Shown here: positions 1 through 11,600 of the stretch, one piece after another
Position numbering within the stretch: position 1 is the first letter of the stretch
Layout of the letters: each line of letters opens with the position of its first letter
From: an uncultured delta proteobacterium
Lineage (GTDB): Bacteria; Desulfobacterota; Binatia; UBA9968
Length of the DNA stretch: 64,000 nt
Assembly (NCBI GenBank): GCA_963816145.1
Contig: CAWFJP010000003.1
Location: 608,001-672,000, forward strand
Direction: 5' to 3'
Program-made: the position numbers and the translations under genes
The notes under the pieces: model-generated
What the model saw: only the letters and a program-made list of their open reading frames with translations
Database searches by the model: none
Told to the model about the DNA's origin: nothing

Positions 1-479
1 TCTTACGTGACAGACTGCCCGAATACATGATTCCTAGCGAGTTTGTATTCTTAGACGATCTTCCTTTAATGAGCACCGGCAAGATAGATCGTCGCGCGTT
101 GCCCGACCCGAACAACCAGAGACCGGATCCTCGGTTAACTATCGTGGAACCGAGAACGCATGTAGAAAAAACGCTCGCTGACATATGGGCCGAAGTCCTG
201 CTTGTGCCTAAGGTTGGTCTCCATGACAATTTTTTCGACTTAGGCGGCCATTCGCTGGCGGCTTCCCAAGTGATCTCGCGGGTGATCCAAACATTTCAGC
301 TAGAGCTACCAGTTAAAGCGCTTTTCGATGCTCCCACAGTCGTCGATATGGCGCTCATCATCACGCAAAACCATGCGAAGCTGGCAAGCGAGGCGGAGCT
401 AGCGCGGCTGCTGAGCGAGGTCGAAGCAATGACCGATGTAGAAGCTCAACGACAACTAGCACCGATCGACGGCAAATAG
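1..479 (+). CDS. NRPS, C-terminal fragment (end of A domain + PCP + helical tail); begins before the window
   Basis: Frame is open from the left edge (LRDRLPEYMIP...); A10-like STGKIDRRALP; PCP motif FFDLGGHSL; tail AELARLLSEVEAMTDVEAQRQL. Confidence 0.93.
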   Translation, partial: LRDRLPEYMIPSEFVFLDDLPLMSTGKIDRRALPDPNNQRPDPRLTIVEPRTHVEKTLADIWAEVLLVPKVGLHDNFFDLGGHSLAASQVISRVIQTFQLELPVKALFDAPTVVDMALIITQNHAKLASEAELARLLSEVEAMTDVEAQRQLAPIDGK

Positions 480-489
480 AGCGCAGACG

Positions 490-1308
490 ATGAATTCAGG
501 CGATCTGAAAAAGCAATTAGACGAACTATCTTCTGCAAAACTTACGCTACTCGAGAAGCGGCTTCTCGAAGCCGGCATCAAGAGCTCGGCGCTACATAAA
601 ATTCCGCGACGGACCGACCGCGAGTTTGCACCGCTTTCATTTACTGAGCGGCGGCTATGGTTTTTAAACCAACTAGAACCGAAAAGTCCTGCGTACAATG
701 AAGCCCGCATTCCACACCTCACGGGCCCTCTAGACTCGAAGGTTTCGGAGCGATGGTTCAACGCCCTCATCGACCGCCACGAAACTCGGCGAACGACGTT
801 CGCGACGGCTGCCGGCTCGACGATCGCAATCCGTGACCTCCGCAGCCTTCTCCAACGCAAGCTCCCCGACTACATGGTGCCCGCGGCCTTCGTGTTCTTA
901 GACTCGCTGCCGCTTACGCCCAACGGCAGGCTCGACCGCAAAGCGTTTCCGGCTCCCGATCAGTCCAGACCCGAGCTAGACGATACCTTTGCCCCCCCAC
1001 ACACTCCGGTGGAGGAATTACCCGCTAACATTTGGGCCGAGGTTCTCAAACTCGACAAGGTCGGCATTCACGATAACTTCTTCCAACTGGGCGGACATTC
1101 CCTCCTCGCCACGCAGATCGTTTCGCGCGTTCGCGATGCCGTCAAATTCGATTTGCCGTTAAGGACCTTGTTCGAAGCACCGACGATCCATCGCCCGGTT
1201 CGACAACTGCAAGACCTCCGAGATAAACAAGATGTCACACAGACGGCGCAAACTGCCCCCATTGCACGGGAGCAATATCGAGCTCAAAACTCGAGCGATC
1301 AGGACTGA
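490..1308 (+). pseudogene. Internally deleted NRPS module: N-terminal stub of a C domain fused in frame to an A-domain C-terminus + PCP (possibly a residual stand-alone carrier)
   Basis: PLSFTERRLWFLNQLEP...RHETRRTTFAT joins directly to AAGSTIAIRDLRSLLQRKLPDYMVP...LGGHSL; no HHxxxDG, no A core; A10 Lys replaced (NGRLDRK). Confidence 0.85.
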
Positions 1309-1314
1309 TGGACA

Positions 1315-4300
1315 ATGAGTGAAGCTTCCAAACCGCAGAATAGACTTCCCCCGGAGCAGCAGGCGATCGGGGATAAGTGCTTTCATCCGTCGGGGAAGTT
1401 TATTGTGTTTCCCAAAGAGGACGTCGAAACATCGATCCCGGAGCGATTTACGAAAATTGTCGGACGATTCCCTGATCGCCTCGCCGTCAAAATGAGAAAT
1501 CGAACGTTGACGTATCGGGAATTAAACCACGCCGCGAATCGCGTGGCCCACGCCATCCTGGCGCAACGGGGAGAAACGCAAGAACCCATTGCGCTGCTTA
1601 TGGAACATGACGTTCCATTAATCGCCGCGATTGTCGGCGTCTTGAAAGCCGGCAAAATCTGTGTGGTACTGGACCCGTCGTTTCCCAAAGCCAGAAACGC
1701 TTTCCTGATAGAGGACTCGCAAGCGCGTCTCCTCATCACAGATAGCAAGACTCTTTCCTTAGGCATCGACTACGCTGAAGACAGGTGCCAAATTGTAAAT
1801 ATAGACGAGTGGAACTCCGGGTTTTCAATTGACGACCCTGGATTGTCAATCGAGCCCGATCGCTTTGCTTTTCTTATCTACACATCGGGCTCCACAGGAC
1901 AACCCAAAGGGGTTATTCAAAACCACCGAAATTTGCTGCACGATTGCCAGCTCTACTGCAATGGTCTTCATATTTGCTCTGACGACCGGGTAGCGCTTCT
2001 ATATTCCTGTAGCGCGAGTCAGGGTTTGAAAATTACCTGGGCGGCATTACTCAATGGCGCGGCGCTCTGCCCATTCCAAGTGCGACATCGAGCAGTGGCC
2101 GAATTACCCTTGTGGCTCAACCAGGAAGAAATCACAATTTACTTTTCGATACCCATCGTCTTCCGTCAATGGGTCGGCAGCATCGGCGAACAAGAACCGT
2201 TTGCTCGTCTCCGGATCATACAATTGGGATCGGACCTGGTTACTCTGAGAGAACTCGAAGAGTACCAAAAGCACTTTTCTACCGACACCATTCTGATTAT
2301 CAGATTCGGCACGACCGAGACCGGCACCCTGCGAAGAATCTTCTTCAACGCAAACACTTGCGTTGATGAAGCCACGGTTCCGGTGGGGTATGCGACCGAA
2401 GATACGGACATTTCCTTGCTTGATGAGGATGGCAAGGACGTGCAGTTCGGTGCCGTTGGAGAAATAGTGGTCGAGAGCCGCTACATTTCTCCCGGATATT
2501 GGCGGCGGCCTGATCTTACTCGAGAAAAGTTTTTCTCTGACCCAAACGGCGGTGACAAACTTATTTTCCACACCGGCGACTTGGGTCGGCTGCGCTCCGA
2601 CGGACTGCTTTACCACTTGGGCCGAAAAGACTTCCAGTTAAATATCAGAGGATACAGAGTGGAGGCCGGCGAGATCGAGGCCGTATTGTTAGCTCAAGAC
2701 AACGTTAAGGAGGCCATTGTCGCAACGGGCAAAACATCTACGGGAGCAGAATCCGATCGCTTGATCGCCTACATCGTTCCTTTTTCGAAGCCTTTGCCAT
2801 CGATACCTGTACTGCGAGGAGCCGTCGGAACGAAGCTGCCGGCCCACATGATTCCGTCGGATTTCGTATTCTTGGAATCGCTCCCGGTTACACCTAACGG
2901 CAAGGTCGTTCGGCGTGCACTCCCGGCTCCTGGCAATGCGAGGCCTGAACTGGATATGACCTACGTTATTCCGCAGTCTGATATCGAGGAGCAACTGGCA
3001 CGGATTTGGGAGGAAGTGCTTGATGTTCGTCCTATAGGCATCCACGACAACTTTTTCGATCTTGGGGGCCATTCGCTTTCAGCCACACGGTTGGTCTCCC
3101 AGATTATAAAACACTTTCAGTTGGAGATCCCACTCCAATCTTTGTTGCAATCGCCCACGGTGGCCAAGATGGCGGCTGCAATTACCGAACACCAGGAAAG
3201 AAAGCTCAAAGATAAAGTTGGAGGGTTCGCCGCCGGCGCGGCATGGTCTCTCCGCCCCCTCCCCAGAGATCCAAAACTTGAGCTCTCCTTTGCCCAGCAG
3301 CGGTTGTGGTTTTTAAACCAATTCGAGCCGGATAGCCCGGTTTATAACCAGTGCAGGGCCCTGAGGCTACGAGGGCGACTGAACCGCCCAGCCCTGCAAC
3401 AGGCTCTCGACACTATCGTCGAGCGACATGAGGTTTTGCGTACGACGTTTTCGTCCGTCGATGATCAGCCGACCCAGATTATCCACGAGCACGGCAACGT
3501 CGAACTCAGCGCAATCGATCTAATGGGTAACCCCATCGAGAAGCGGGAAGCAGAATTACAGCGGGTTTTGAGTGAATTCAGCCGCCGTCCTTTTGACTTA
3601 GAGAAGGATCGGCCGCTGCGTGCAGCGTTGATTCAATGGGCTGATGAGGAACATGTCATCTTTCTCGTCACGCACCATATCGCCTCCGACGGCTGGTCCA
3701 ATGACATCCTGTTTAAGGAACTATCGGCACTGTATGAAGCCTATTGCCAAGGGAAGGGTTCTCCGCTTACGGCCTTACCGATCCAATATGCGGACTACGC
3801 GGTTTGGCAGAAAGAGTGGCTGCAGGGAGAAGTCCTGCAAGAACAAATCTCGTATTGGAAAAAGCAGCTCGATGGTGTTTCCCCACTAGAGTTGCCGACA
3901 GACCGTCCACGGCCCGCTGTACTAGGATATCTAGGCCGAACAATAAGATTTTCATTTCCTGGAGCCTTGGCCCAGAGTTTACGCAAACTCAGCCGTCAAG
4001 CGAATACGACGTTATTCATGACCTTGCTGGCGGCCTTTCAGACTCTTCTGCATCGTTACACGGCTCAGGATGACGTTGTCGTGGGCAGTCCCATAGGCGG
4101 TCGCACACGGGCAGAGACCGAACGACTCATTGGATTCTTTGTCAACACGCTAGTGCTGCGTAACGATTTTTCGGGCAACCCGACATTTCGGGAGTTATTG
4201 GGGAGGGTCAAGCAGAACGCCTTGGACGCCTATACCCACCAAGACGCGCCGTTTGAGAAGCTTGTAGAGGATCTCCAGCCCGAGAGAGCTTTAGGTCGCA

Positions 4301-6471
4301 ACCCGTTTTGTCAAGTCATGTTTCAACTGAGGAACTATCCGAAACAGGCTGTTTCACTAGGCGATCTCAACATTGAGGAGAGTGAGTTTGACACTGACAT
4401 AGCCCAATTTGATCTGTCCGTGGGGTTACGAGACGATGAAACAGGACTGAGTGGGTCGGTAGAATACCGAACCGAATTGTTCGATCCAACCACCATCGAG
4501 CGCATGGTCGGTCATTTTCAGGTCTTGCTCGAAGGCATCGTGGTTAACCCAGATCAAAGCATCAGCGACCTGCCCTTGCTCACCGAGGCCGAAAAGCATC
4601 AACTTTTAGTCGAGTGGAACGACACCAAGACCGACTATCCCAAAGACAAGTGCATCCATGAGCTCTTCGAGGCTCAAGTAGAGAAATCTCCAGACACCGT
4701 TGCCGTGGTCTTCGAAGACCAGCGACTCACCTATCGAGAATTAAATCGAAGAGCCGATCAGTTGGCGCACTATCTAAGAAAGCTCGGTGTCGGCCTTGAG
4801 GTGTTGGTGGGCCTCTGCGTGGAACGCTCCATAGAGCTGATCGTGGGGCTACTTGGCATCCTCAAAGCCGGCGGCGCCTACGTGCCGTTGGATCCTGCCT
4901 ATCCCAAAGAACGCCTGAAGTTCATGCAAGAGGACACACATCTCGGCATTGTTTTGACCGATGTAGTTTCGCTAACGAACGTCCCGCCCACAAGCGCCCG
5001 TGTGATTTGTCTCGATCGGGACTGGGAAGAGGTAGCCAGAGGGTCGCAAGTTGATCCCATCAGTCGAAGTACGGCAGACAGTCTAGCTTATGTGATCTAC
5101 ACCTCGGGTTCCACGGGACAGCCGAAAGGAGTCGCCGTGTCACACCGAGCAGTCAATCGCTTGGTGATGAATACGGACTACGCGCAGGTTACACCATCGG
5201 AGGTAATGGCTCAGGTATCTAATGTTTCGTTCGATGCCGCTACTTTCGAGATCTGGGGCGCGCTCTTAAATGGTGCGCGGCTGGTGTTGATCACCAAGAA
5301 TACGCTGCTATCGCCGCAGTCTTTGTCGACGGCAATCGAACGGGATAGGATCACCACGCTCTTTTTGACCACGACATTGTTCAATCAGATGGTGGAACAA
5401 ATACCCGCCGCACTCGGCAAGTTGCGACACCTGCTCTTTGGCGGGGAGGCTGCGGATCCACAAAGGGTCAAAAGGCTGTTACACAAATATCCACCGAGGC
5501 GCTTACTCCATGTGTACGGGCCTACAGAAACGACAACGTTCGCAACTTGGCACCGGGTAAAAGCCGTTGCGCCGGATGCCGCAACGGTTTCCATCGGCAA
5601 GCCGATCAGGAACACGCAAATCTACATTCTCGATCGGCAATTGCAGCCGGTCCCCATCGGGGTGCCGGGAGAGCTGCATATCGGCGGCGACGGCTTGGCT
5701 CGGGGCTATCTAAACCGTCATGAACTGACCAGAGAGAAGTTCATCGCCAATCCATTTAGCGCCGATACCACCAGCCGGCTCTACAAGACCGGCGATCTAG
5801 TCCGCTATTGGCCCGACGGCAATATCGAGTTTTTGGGTCGCATCGATAATCAGATCAAGATACGAGGTTATCGCATCGAGCTGGGTGAGATCGAAACCGT
5901 CCTCGCTCAACACCCTACCGTCCAACAGGCGGTTGTCCTCGCGCGAGAAGACATTCCGGGGGATCGTCGGCTGGTGGCCTACGCCATTGCTACCGATGGC
6001 TGTGCCCCTTCGGCAAGCGAACTGCGCAGCTTACTTCAGCACAAGCTGCCCGACCACATGGTACCATCGGCATTCGTGTTCCTCGATTCTCCGCCACTCA
6101 ATTCAAACGGCAAGCTCGACCGCAATGCTCTGCCGGCGCCAGATCACAGCAGACCCGAGCTAAACGATGCCTTCACCCCCCCAAGAACTTCTGTGGAAGA
6201 GATACTCGCTAATATCTGGGCCGAGATCCTCAAACTCGACAGGGTCGGTATCCACGACAACTTCTTTCACCTGGGCGGCCATTCCCTGCTCGCCACCAAG
6301 TTGATCTCGCGCGTTCGAGACACCTTCAAACTCGACTTGCAGTTACGCAGCGTGTTCGAAGCTCCGACGATCCGCGGTCTCGCCCAGAAGCTGCAAGAAC
6401 TCGGAGACCAACGAGAAACCAAACCGACGGCGCAAATTGCACCCGTTGCGCGCGAGCTATATCGAGTCTAA
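1315..6471 (+). CDS. NRPS, A(atypical)-PCP-C-A(Ile/Val-like)-PCP
   Basis: Two YTSGSTGxPKG motifs, two LGGHSL motifs, C-domain HHIASDG; second A pocket read by eye as DAFFLGVTFK. Confidence 0.96.
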   Translation: MSEASKPQNRLPPEQQAIGDKCFHPSGKFIVFPKEDVETSIPERFTKIVGRFPDRLAVKMRNRTLTYRELNHAANRVAHAILAQRGETQEPIALLMEHDVPLIAAIVGVLKAGKICVVLDPSFPKARNAFLIEDSQARLLITDSKTLSLGIDYAEDRCQIVNIDEWNSGFSIDDPGLSIEPDRFAFLIYTSGSTGQPKGVIQNHRNLLHDCQLYCNGLHICSDDRVALLYSCSASQGLKITWAALLNGAALCPFQVRHRAVAELPLWLNQEEITIYFSIPIVFRQWVGSIGEQEPFARLRIIQLGSDLVTLRELEEYQKHFSTDTILIIRFGTTETGTLRRIFFNANTCVDEATVPVGYATEDTDISLLDEDGKDVQFGAVGEIVVESRYISPGYWRRPDLTREKFFSDPNGGDKLIFHTGDLGRLRSDGLLYHLGRKDFQLNIRGYRVEAGEIEAVLLAQDNVKEAIVATGKTSTGAESDRLIAYIVPFSKPLPSIPVLRGAVGTKLPAHMIPSDFVFLESLPVTPNGKVVRRALPAPGNARPELDMTYVIPQSDIEEQLARIWEEVLDVRPIGIHDNFFDLGGHSLSATRLVSQIIKHFQLEIPLQSLLQSPTVAKMAAAITEHQERKLKDKVGGFAAGAAWSLRPLPRDPKLELSFAQQRLWFLNQFEPDSPVYNQCRALRLRGRLNRPALQQALDTIVERHEVLRTTFSSVDDQPTQIIHEHGNVELSAIDLMGNPIEKREAELQRVLSEFSRRPFDLEKDRPLRAALIQWADEEHVIFLVTHHIASDGWSNDILFKELSALYEAYCQGKGSPLTALPIQYADYAVWQKEWLQGEVLQEQISYWKKQLDGVSPLELPTDRPRPAVLGYLGRTIRFSFPGALAQSLRKLSRQANTTLFMTLLAAFQTLLHRYTAQDDVVVGSPIGGRTRAETERLIGFFVNTLVLRNDFSGNPTFRELLGRVKQNALDAYTHQDAPFEKLVEDLQPERALGRNPFCQVMFQLRNYPKQAVSLGDLNIEESEFDTDIAQFDLSVGLRDDETGLSGSVEYRTELFDPTTIERMVGHFQVLLEGIVVNPDQSISDLPLLTEAEKHQLLVEWNDTKTDYPKDKCIHELFEAQVEKSPDTVAVVFEDQRLTYRELNRRADQLAHYLRKLGVGLEVLVGLCVERSIELIVGLLGILKAGGAYVPLDPAYPKERLKFMQEDTHLGIVLTDVVSLTNVPPTSARVICLDRDWEEVARGSQVDPISRSTADSLAYVIYTSGSTGQPKGVAVSHRAVNRLVMNTDYAQVTPSEVMAQVSNVSFDAATFEIWGALLNGARLVLITKNTLLSPQSLSTAIERDRITTLFLTTTLFNQMVEQIPAALGKLRHLLFGGEAADPQRVKRLLHKYPPRRLLHVYGPTETTTFATWHRVKAVAPDAATVSIGKPIRNTQIYILDRQLQPVPIGVPGELHIGGDGLARGYLNRHELTREKFIANPFSADTTSRLYKTGDLVRYWPDGNIEFLGRIDNQIKIRGYRIELGEIETVLAQHPTVQQAVVLAREDIPGDRRLVAYAIATDGCAPSASELRSLLQHKLPDHMVPSAFVFLDSPPLNSNGKLDRNALPAPDHSRPELNDAFTPPRTSVEEILANIWAEILKLDRVGIHDNFFHLGGHSLLATKLISRVRDTFKLDLQLRSVFEAPTIRGLAQKLQELGDQRETKPTAQIAPVARELYRV

Positions 6472-6723
6472 CAAACGCGCATTGATAGACGTGACAGCCT
6501 ATGACGAACGGGTTTTAAAGAAAGCGTTATGCGATGTGGGAAAGACGACTACACCTTTCCTCGTTCTGTTGCTCTGGAGCGCTCGTGGTCTCTGCAACGG
6601 ATGTGGGCCGAATGCGCCCCGTATCTGGCTCGTCGGCTACTCGAATGGGGTGTGAGATCACCGGAAGTAACGCGACCACGACTAGCAACTTAGTTGTATC
6701 AAGCAAGAAAGAACGCTGTAATT

Positions 6724-8655
6724 ATGAATGATTCGGCAAACCAGGACTTCAAGCTCCCGCCAGACCAGCAGGCGATTCGCGGCAAGTGTTTTCATCCGTC
6801 GGGCCAGTTCGACCCGTTTCCAACCGAAGATGTGGATAAATCGATACAGACGCGGTTCGAGAAAATTGTCGACCGATATCCAGACCACGTTGCCATCAAA
6901 GCCGGCAATGAAGAGATCACGTATTCAGCTTTGAATAAGGCGGCTAACCGCCTGGCTCATGGAATCTTGGCGATACGCGGCGCGAGCCGGGAACCTGTGG
7001 GGTTTTCGCACGCGCACGGTATCTTACCTATCATTTCGCATCTGGCCATTCTCAAGGCAGGTAAGATTTCTGTCGAGCTAGACCCGGCCGCACCAACGAG
7101 CCGTAACTCTCATATTATGGTTGATTCAACCGCTCTAGTCCTCGTGACTGATAATCAGACAGTATCGGTGGCAGGCGGATGGATCAACGCTGACCAATTT
7201 TTGTTAAATCTCGACGAGCTGAACTCTGCCCTAGATGATCGAAACCCAAATATCCCTTCCTCGTCGGAAGATATTGCGTATATACGCTATACTTCCGGCT
7301 CCACAGGACAGGCAAAGGGCGCGATTAAAACCCATCGCCATGTGCTGCATGAAGTCAGGGATGCCACCAATTGTTTCCGGCTCTGTATCCACGATCGAAT
7401 TTCCCACTTGAGTCGGGAATCCATGGGGAAGTTCGTCTTTTCGGCCTTGCTGAACGGTGCAACACTGTATCCACTGGACACTAAACAAGGTGTCTTAGTG
7501 CATTTAGGCGAATGGCTCGTTCGAGAGGGAATTACCACCTACCAGTCATTTCCAACGGCCTTTCGTTATTTTACGCGCAGCTTGAACGGCCACGAACGAT
7601 TTCCCAGCCTCCGCTTGATCCGTCTCGAAGGTGAACTGTTATACAAGGGAGATGTCGAACTGTACAAAAAGCATTTTACCCCTGAGTGCCTGTTGGTGAA
7701 TGTCTATTCATCGGCCGAAACTGGTACGGTCTCCCTCTATTTTATCGACCACAAAACTGAGATTGCCGGGAACGGAGTCCCGATGGGGTACCCGCTGGAG
7801 GGTAAGCAGGTTATGCTGCTAAATGATCAGGGCAACGACCTTGGTAACAATCAAGTAGGCGAAATCGCCGTAAAAAGCCGGCTTCTTTCATCGGGCTACT
7901 GGCAACGGACAGACATCACTCAGCAGAAGTTCTTAAGAGACCCAAAAGAGATTGGTCAGCAAACCTATTTGACCGGAGATCTGGGAGTCTTTTCAGAACA
8001 AGGCCTTTTGCACCATCTTGGTCGAAAGGATTTGCAGGTAAAGATCCGCGGTTTCCGAGTAGACGTTGGGGAGGTTGAGACGACTCTCGCCGATCATGAA
8101 GTCATAAAAGAAGCTGTCGTTGTCGCGCGAGACGATCAATTCGGCAACAATGAACTTTTAGCCTACATTGTGACGCAAAATGATGCGACGGTGAAAACCT
8201 CAGTGTTGCGAGAGTTCTTGCACGAAAGACTCCCCGAGTACATGATCCCAGGGCATTTTGTGAAGCTGGACCGTATTCCGCTTACCGCCACGGGTAAAGT
8301 GGATCGGCTTCAATTGCCGGCGCTTAATGACTTGCGGTTGGAAAACAGCGGGCGTTACGTTGCGCCGCGAACCGAAGTCGAAGCAAGGGTCGCAATCATT
8401 TGGCAGCAGGTTTTGTCTTTGGATCGGGTCAGTGTCGAAGACAACTTCTTCCAATTGGGCGGCCACTCCCTGCTGGCAATCCAGGTCGTCTCGCGCATCC
8501 GCGAGAATTTCGCTGTCGACGTGCCCTTAAGCGACATATTCGAGGCGCCAACCATTGTAGCGTTCGCGCAACTTATTCAAACCCATAACATCAAGAAAAA
8601 AGCTTCCCATCAACAACCAATTTCTCGCCTTGTACGAGAACATTACAAGGCATAG
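6724..8655 (+). CDS. Stand-alone A(atypical)-PCP didomain NRPS-like protein
   Basis: YTSGSTGQAKG, TGDLG, GRKDLQVKIRGFRV, TGKVDR, FFQLGGHSL; ATG at 6724 chosen by alignment with the N-terminus of 1315..6471. Confidence 0.93.
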   Translation: MNDSANQDFKLPPDQQAIRGKCFHPSGQFDPFPTEDVDKSIQTRFEKIVDRYPDHVAIKAGNEEITYSALNKAANRLAHGILAIRGASREPVGFSHAHGILPIISHLAILKAGKISVELDPAAPTSRNSHIMVDSTALVLVTDNQTVSVAGGWINADQFLLNLDELNSALDDRNPNIPSSSEDIAYIRYTSGSTGQAKGAIKTHRHVLHEVRDATNCFRLCIHDRISHLSRESMGKFVFSALLNGATLYPLDTKQGVLVHLGEWLVREGITTYQSFPTAFRYFTRSLNGHERFPSLRLIRLEGELLYKGDVELYKKHFTPECLLVNVYSSAETGTVSLYFIDHKTEIAGNGVPMGYPLEGKQVMLLNDQGNDLGNNQVGEIAVKSRLLSSGYWQRTDITQQKFLRDPKEIGQQTYLTGDLGVFSEQGLLHHLGRKDLQVKIRGFRVDVGEVETTLADHEVIKEAVVVARDDQFGNNELLAYIVTQNDATVKTSVLREFLHERLPEYMIPGHFVKLDRIPLTATGKVDRLQLPALNDLRLENSGRYVAPRTEVEARVAIIWQQVLSLDRVSVEDNFFQLGGHSLLAIQVVSRIRENFAVDVPLSDIFEAPTIVAFAQLIQTHNIKKKASHQQPISRLVREHYKA

Positions 8656-8682
8656 AGATCGGCTCAAACCTCTGGATGATCC

Positions 8683-11600
8683 ATGACCAATCGACTTGAG
8701 GCAGAATCTTCCGCAAATGTTCATCGCGACACCTACGCGTTTCCCCTCTCCTTCGCGCAACAGCGATTATGGTTTCTGCAACGTCTTGACCCGGATAGTT
8801 CGACTTATAACATACCGACGGCGTTGCGCCTCCGCGGTGAACTCAACATTAAGGCTCTGCAACAGAGTATTGATCATTTGATTGAACGCCACGAGGTTCT
8901 TCGCACCACGTTTGCGATACGTGAGGGCGAGGCGGTGCAAATCGTTCATCCAACATTGCCAGTATCGATCTCGAAGACAGATCTGCGCGACATCGGGGCG
9001 TCTCGACGGGAAGAAACGCTCCGCGGTCTTGTACGATTCGATGCTCGACAACCGTTTGATTTAGACCGCGGTCCACTTTTAAGGGTTAAGTTAATTCAAA
9101 TCGCAGATAACGAGCATGTGTTGGTTTTGAACCTGCACCATATCGTTTCTGACGGTTGGTCCATGGACGTGATGTTCCGCGAGCTATCGGTGCTTTATCA
9201 AGGCTACTGTGGGGAGAAGCCAATATCTTTGCCCGACCTCCCGATCCAGTATGCCGACTATTCTGTCTGGCAGCGCAATTGGCTGCAAGGGACCAACCTC
9301 GACCAGCAACTTTCCTATTGGCGAAAACAACTCGATGGCCTATCGACGCTACAGCTCCCTATCGACCACCCGCGGCCAGCGGTGCAAACTTACCGAGCCG
9401 CTAACCAGAGTCTGGAACTTCCGCCGCACCTCTACGAGGCAATTAGAAATCTAAGCCAGCGCGAAGGCGTCACCCTGTTCATGACCCTGCTGGCGGCGTT
9501 TCAGACTCTGCTCTACCGCTACTGCGGCCAGAAAGACATCGTGGTGGGATCTCCCATCGCCGGCCGAACCCGCCAGGAAACCGAGGGACTGATCGGCTTC
9601 TTTGTCAACACGCTGGTGCTTCGCACTGATCTTTCCAAAAACCCGCCATTTCGAAAATTACTCACCCGGGTGCGCCAGGTGGCGCTGGACGCCTACGACC
9701 ATCAGGATATCCCCTTTGAAAAACTGGTCGAGGAATTACATCCCGAGCGCAATCCCAGTATCTCGCCGCTGTTTCAGGTCATGTTTGTCTTCCAGAACAA
9801 CGCCGATCGGCCCTTGGAATTCAAAGATCTCACCGTTGTACCTATGCGGACGGATAGTCAAGTCGCTAAGTTTGACCTTTCGCTTACCATAGCCGATAGA
9901 GAGGGTACACTCCGCGCCTCACTCAATTACAATACCGAGCTTTTCGATGCCTCGACCATCGAGCGCATGGTCAGTCATTTTCAGACGTTGCTCGAAGGCA
10001 TCGTAGCCAACCCCGATCAGCCGGTCGGCGAACTGCCGCTACTCACCGCGGCCGAAAAGCACCAGTTGTTAGTCGAATGGATCGACACCAAGACCGACTA
10101 CCCCAAAGACAAGTGCATCCATGAGCTCTTTGAGGCTCAAGTAGAGAAATCTCCAGACGCCATCGCCGTGGTCTTCGAAGATCAACAAGTCACCTACCTG
10201 GAACTCAACAGCCGCGCTAACCAGCTCGCTCACTACTTACAAAAGCTCGGCGTCGGCCCTGAAATGCTCGTCGGACTTTGTCTGGAAAGATCGATCGACA
10301 TGATCGTCGCCCTGCTCGCCATCCTCAAGGCCGGCGGCGCTTATGTCCCGCTTGATCCGAGCTACCCCAAAGATCGCCTGGATTTCATGCTCCAGGATTC
10401 CAACACGTCGGTCATTCTCACGCACAAGCCTCTGGCATCGATGCTACCCGCGGCGAACGCGCGAATAATATTTCTTGACGAGGAAGACTGGCGAGCGATG
10501 ACGCCGGGCCTTGCTGATAGGGCCAACCTAACTGCCCAAATCAGTCCGAACCAAGCCACCTACGTGATCTACACTTCAGGCTCCACTGGCACACCCAAAG
10601 GCACCCTGGTTACCCATTACAATGTGGTGCGTCTATTTCAAGCGACCGAAGCTTGGTTTGGGTTTAATTCAAACGACTCTTGGACGCTGTTTCACTCCTA
10701 TGCGTTCGACTTCTCGGTCTGGGAGATCTGGGGCGCCCTATTGCACGGCGGCAAGCTTGTCATTGTGCCCCAGGAGACTACCCGTTCGCCGCAAGAATTT
10801 GCCGCGCTACTGCTCAGGCACCAAGTGACCGTGCTCAATCAAACCCCTTCTGCGTTCCGCCAGTTGATTCCCGTGCTGATTGGCGATAACGGCCATGATC
10901 CACTCTCTCTGCGGTACGTGATCTTCGGCGGCGAGGCCCTGGATCCCCAGAGCTTAAATCCTTGGTTTGACCGGTTCGGCGAAGACCCGCCCAAACTGAT
11001 CAACATGTACGGCATCACCGAAACGACCGTGCATGTCACCTATCGACCAATTACCAGGGCCGATGCCGCATCGGGAGCCGGCAATGTAATCGGCAAACCG
11101 ATTCCAGACTTGCGAGTCTATCTCCTCGATCGGCACCACTCTTTGGTTCCCATCGGTGTCGCCGGCGAGATCTGTGTCGGCGGTGCAGGCGTTGCCAAGG
11201 GATACTTGGGGCGCAAAGCGCTGACAGCTGAACGCTTTGTCACCGATCCGTTTAGCGAAGACCTTCAAGCGAAGCTTTACCGCAGCGGCGATCTGGCGCG
11301 CTGGCTGCCCAACGGTGAGCTGGAATATCTCGGCCGCATCGATAACCAGGTCAAGATCCGCGGCTTTCGCATCGAACTGGGTGAGATCGAGGCAGTGCTC
11401 GCTCAGCACCCCTCCATCCAACAAGCGGTCGTCCTCGCTCGTGAAGACTCTCCAGGCGATAAGCGGCTGATCGCCTATGTAGTCACCGCTGACGGCTCGG
11501 CTATTTCGGTTCACGACTTACGTAGCTATCTCCGACTCAAGCTGCCCGACTACATGGTGCCCTCGGCCTTTGTGTTCCTCGATTCGCTGCCCCTCACGCC

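Noticed and set aside
6472-6723. Riboswitch or small ORFs in the NRPS intergenic gap
   Set aside because: Only a weak ggaaag...ctttcc hairpin; the 65-72 aa ORFs have no motif or RBS
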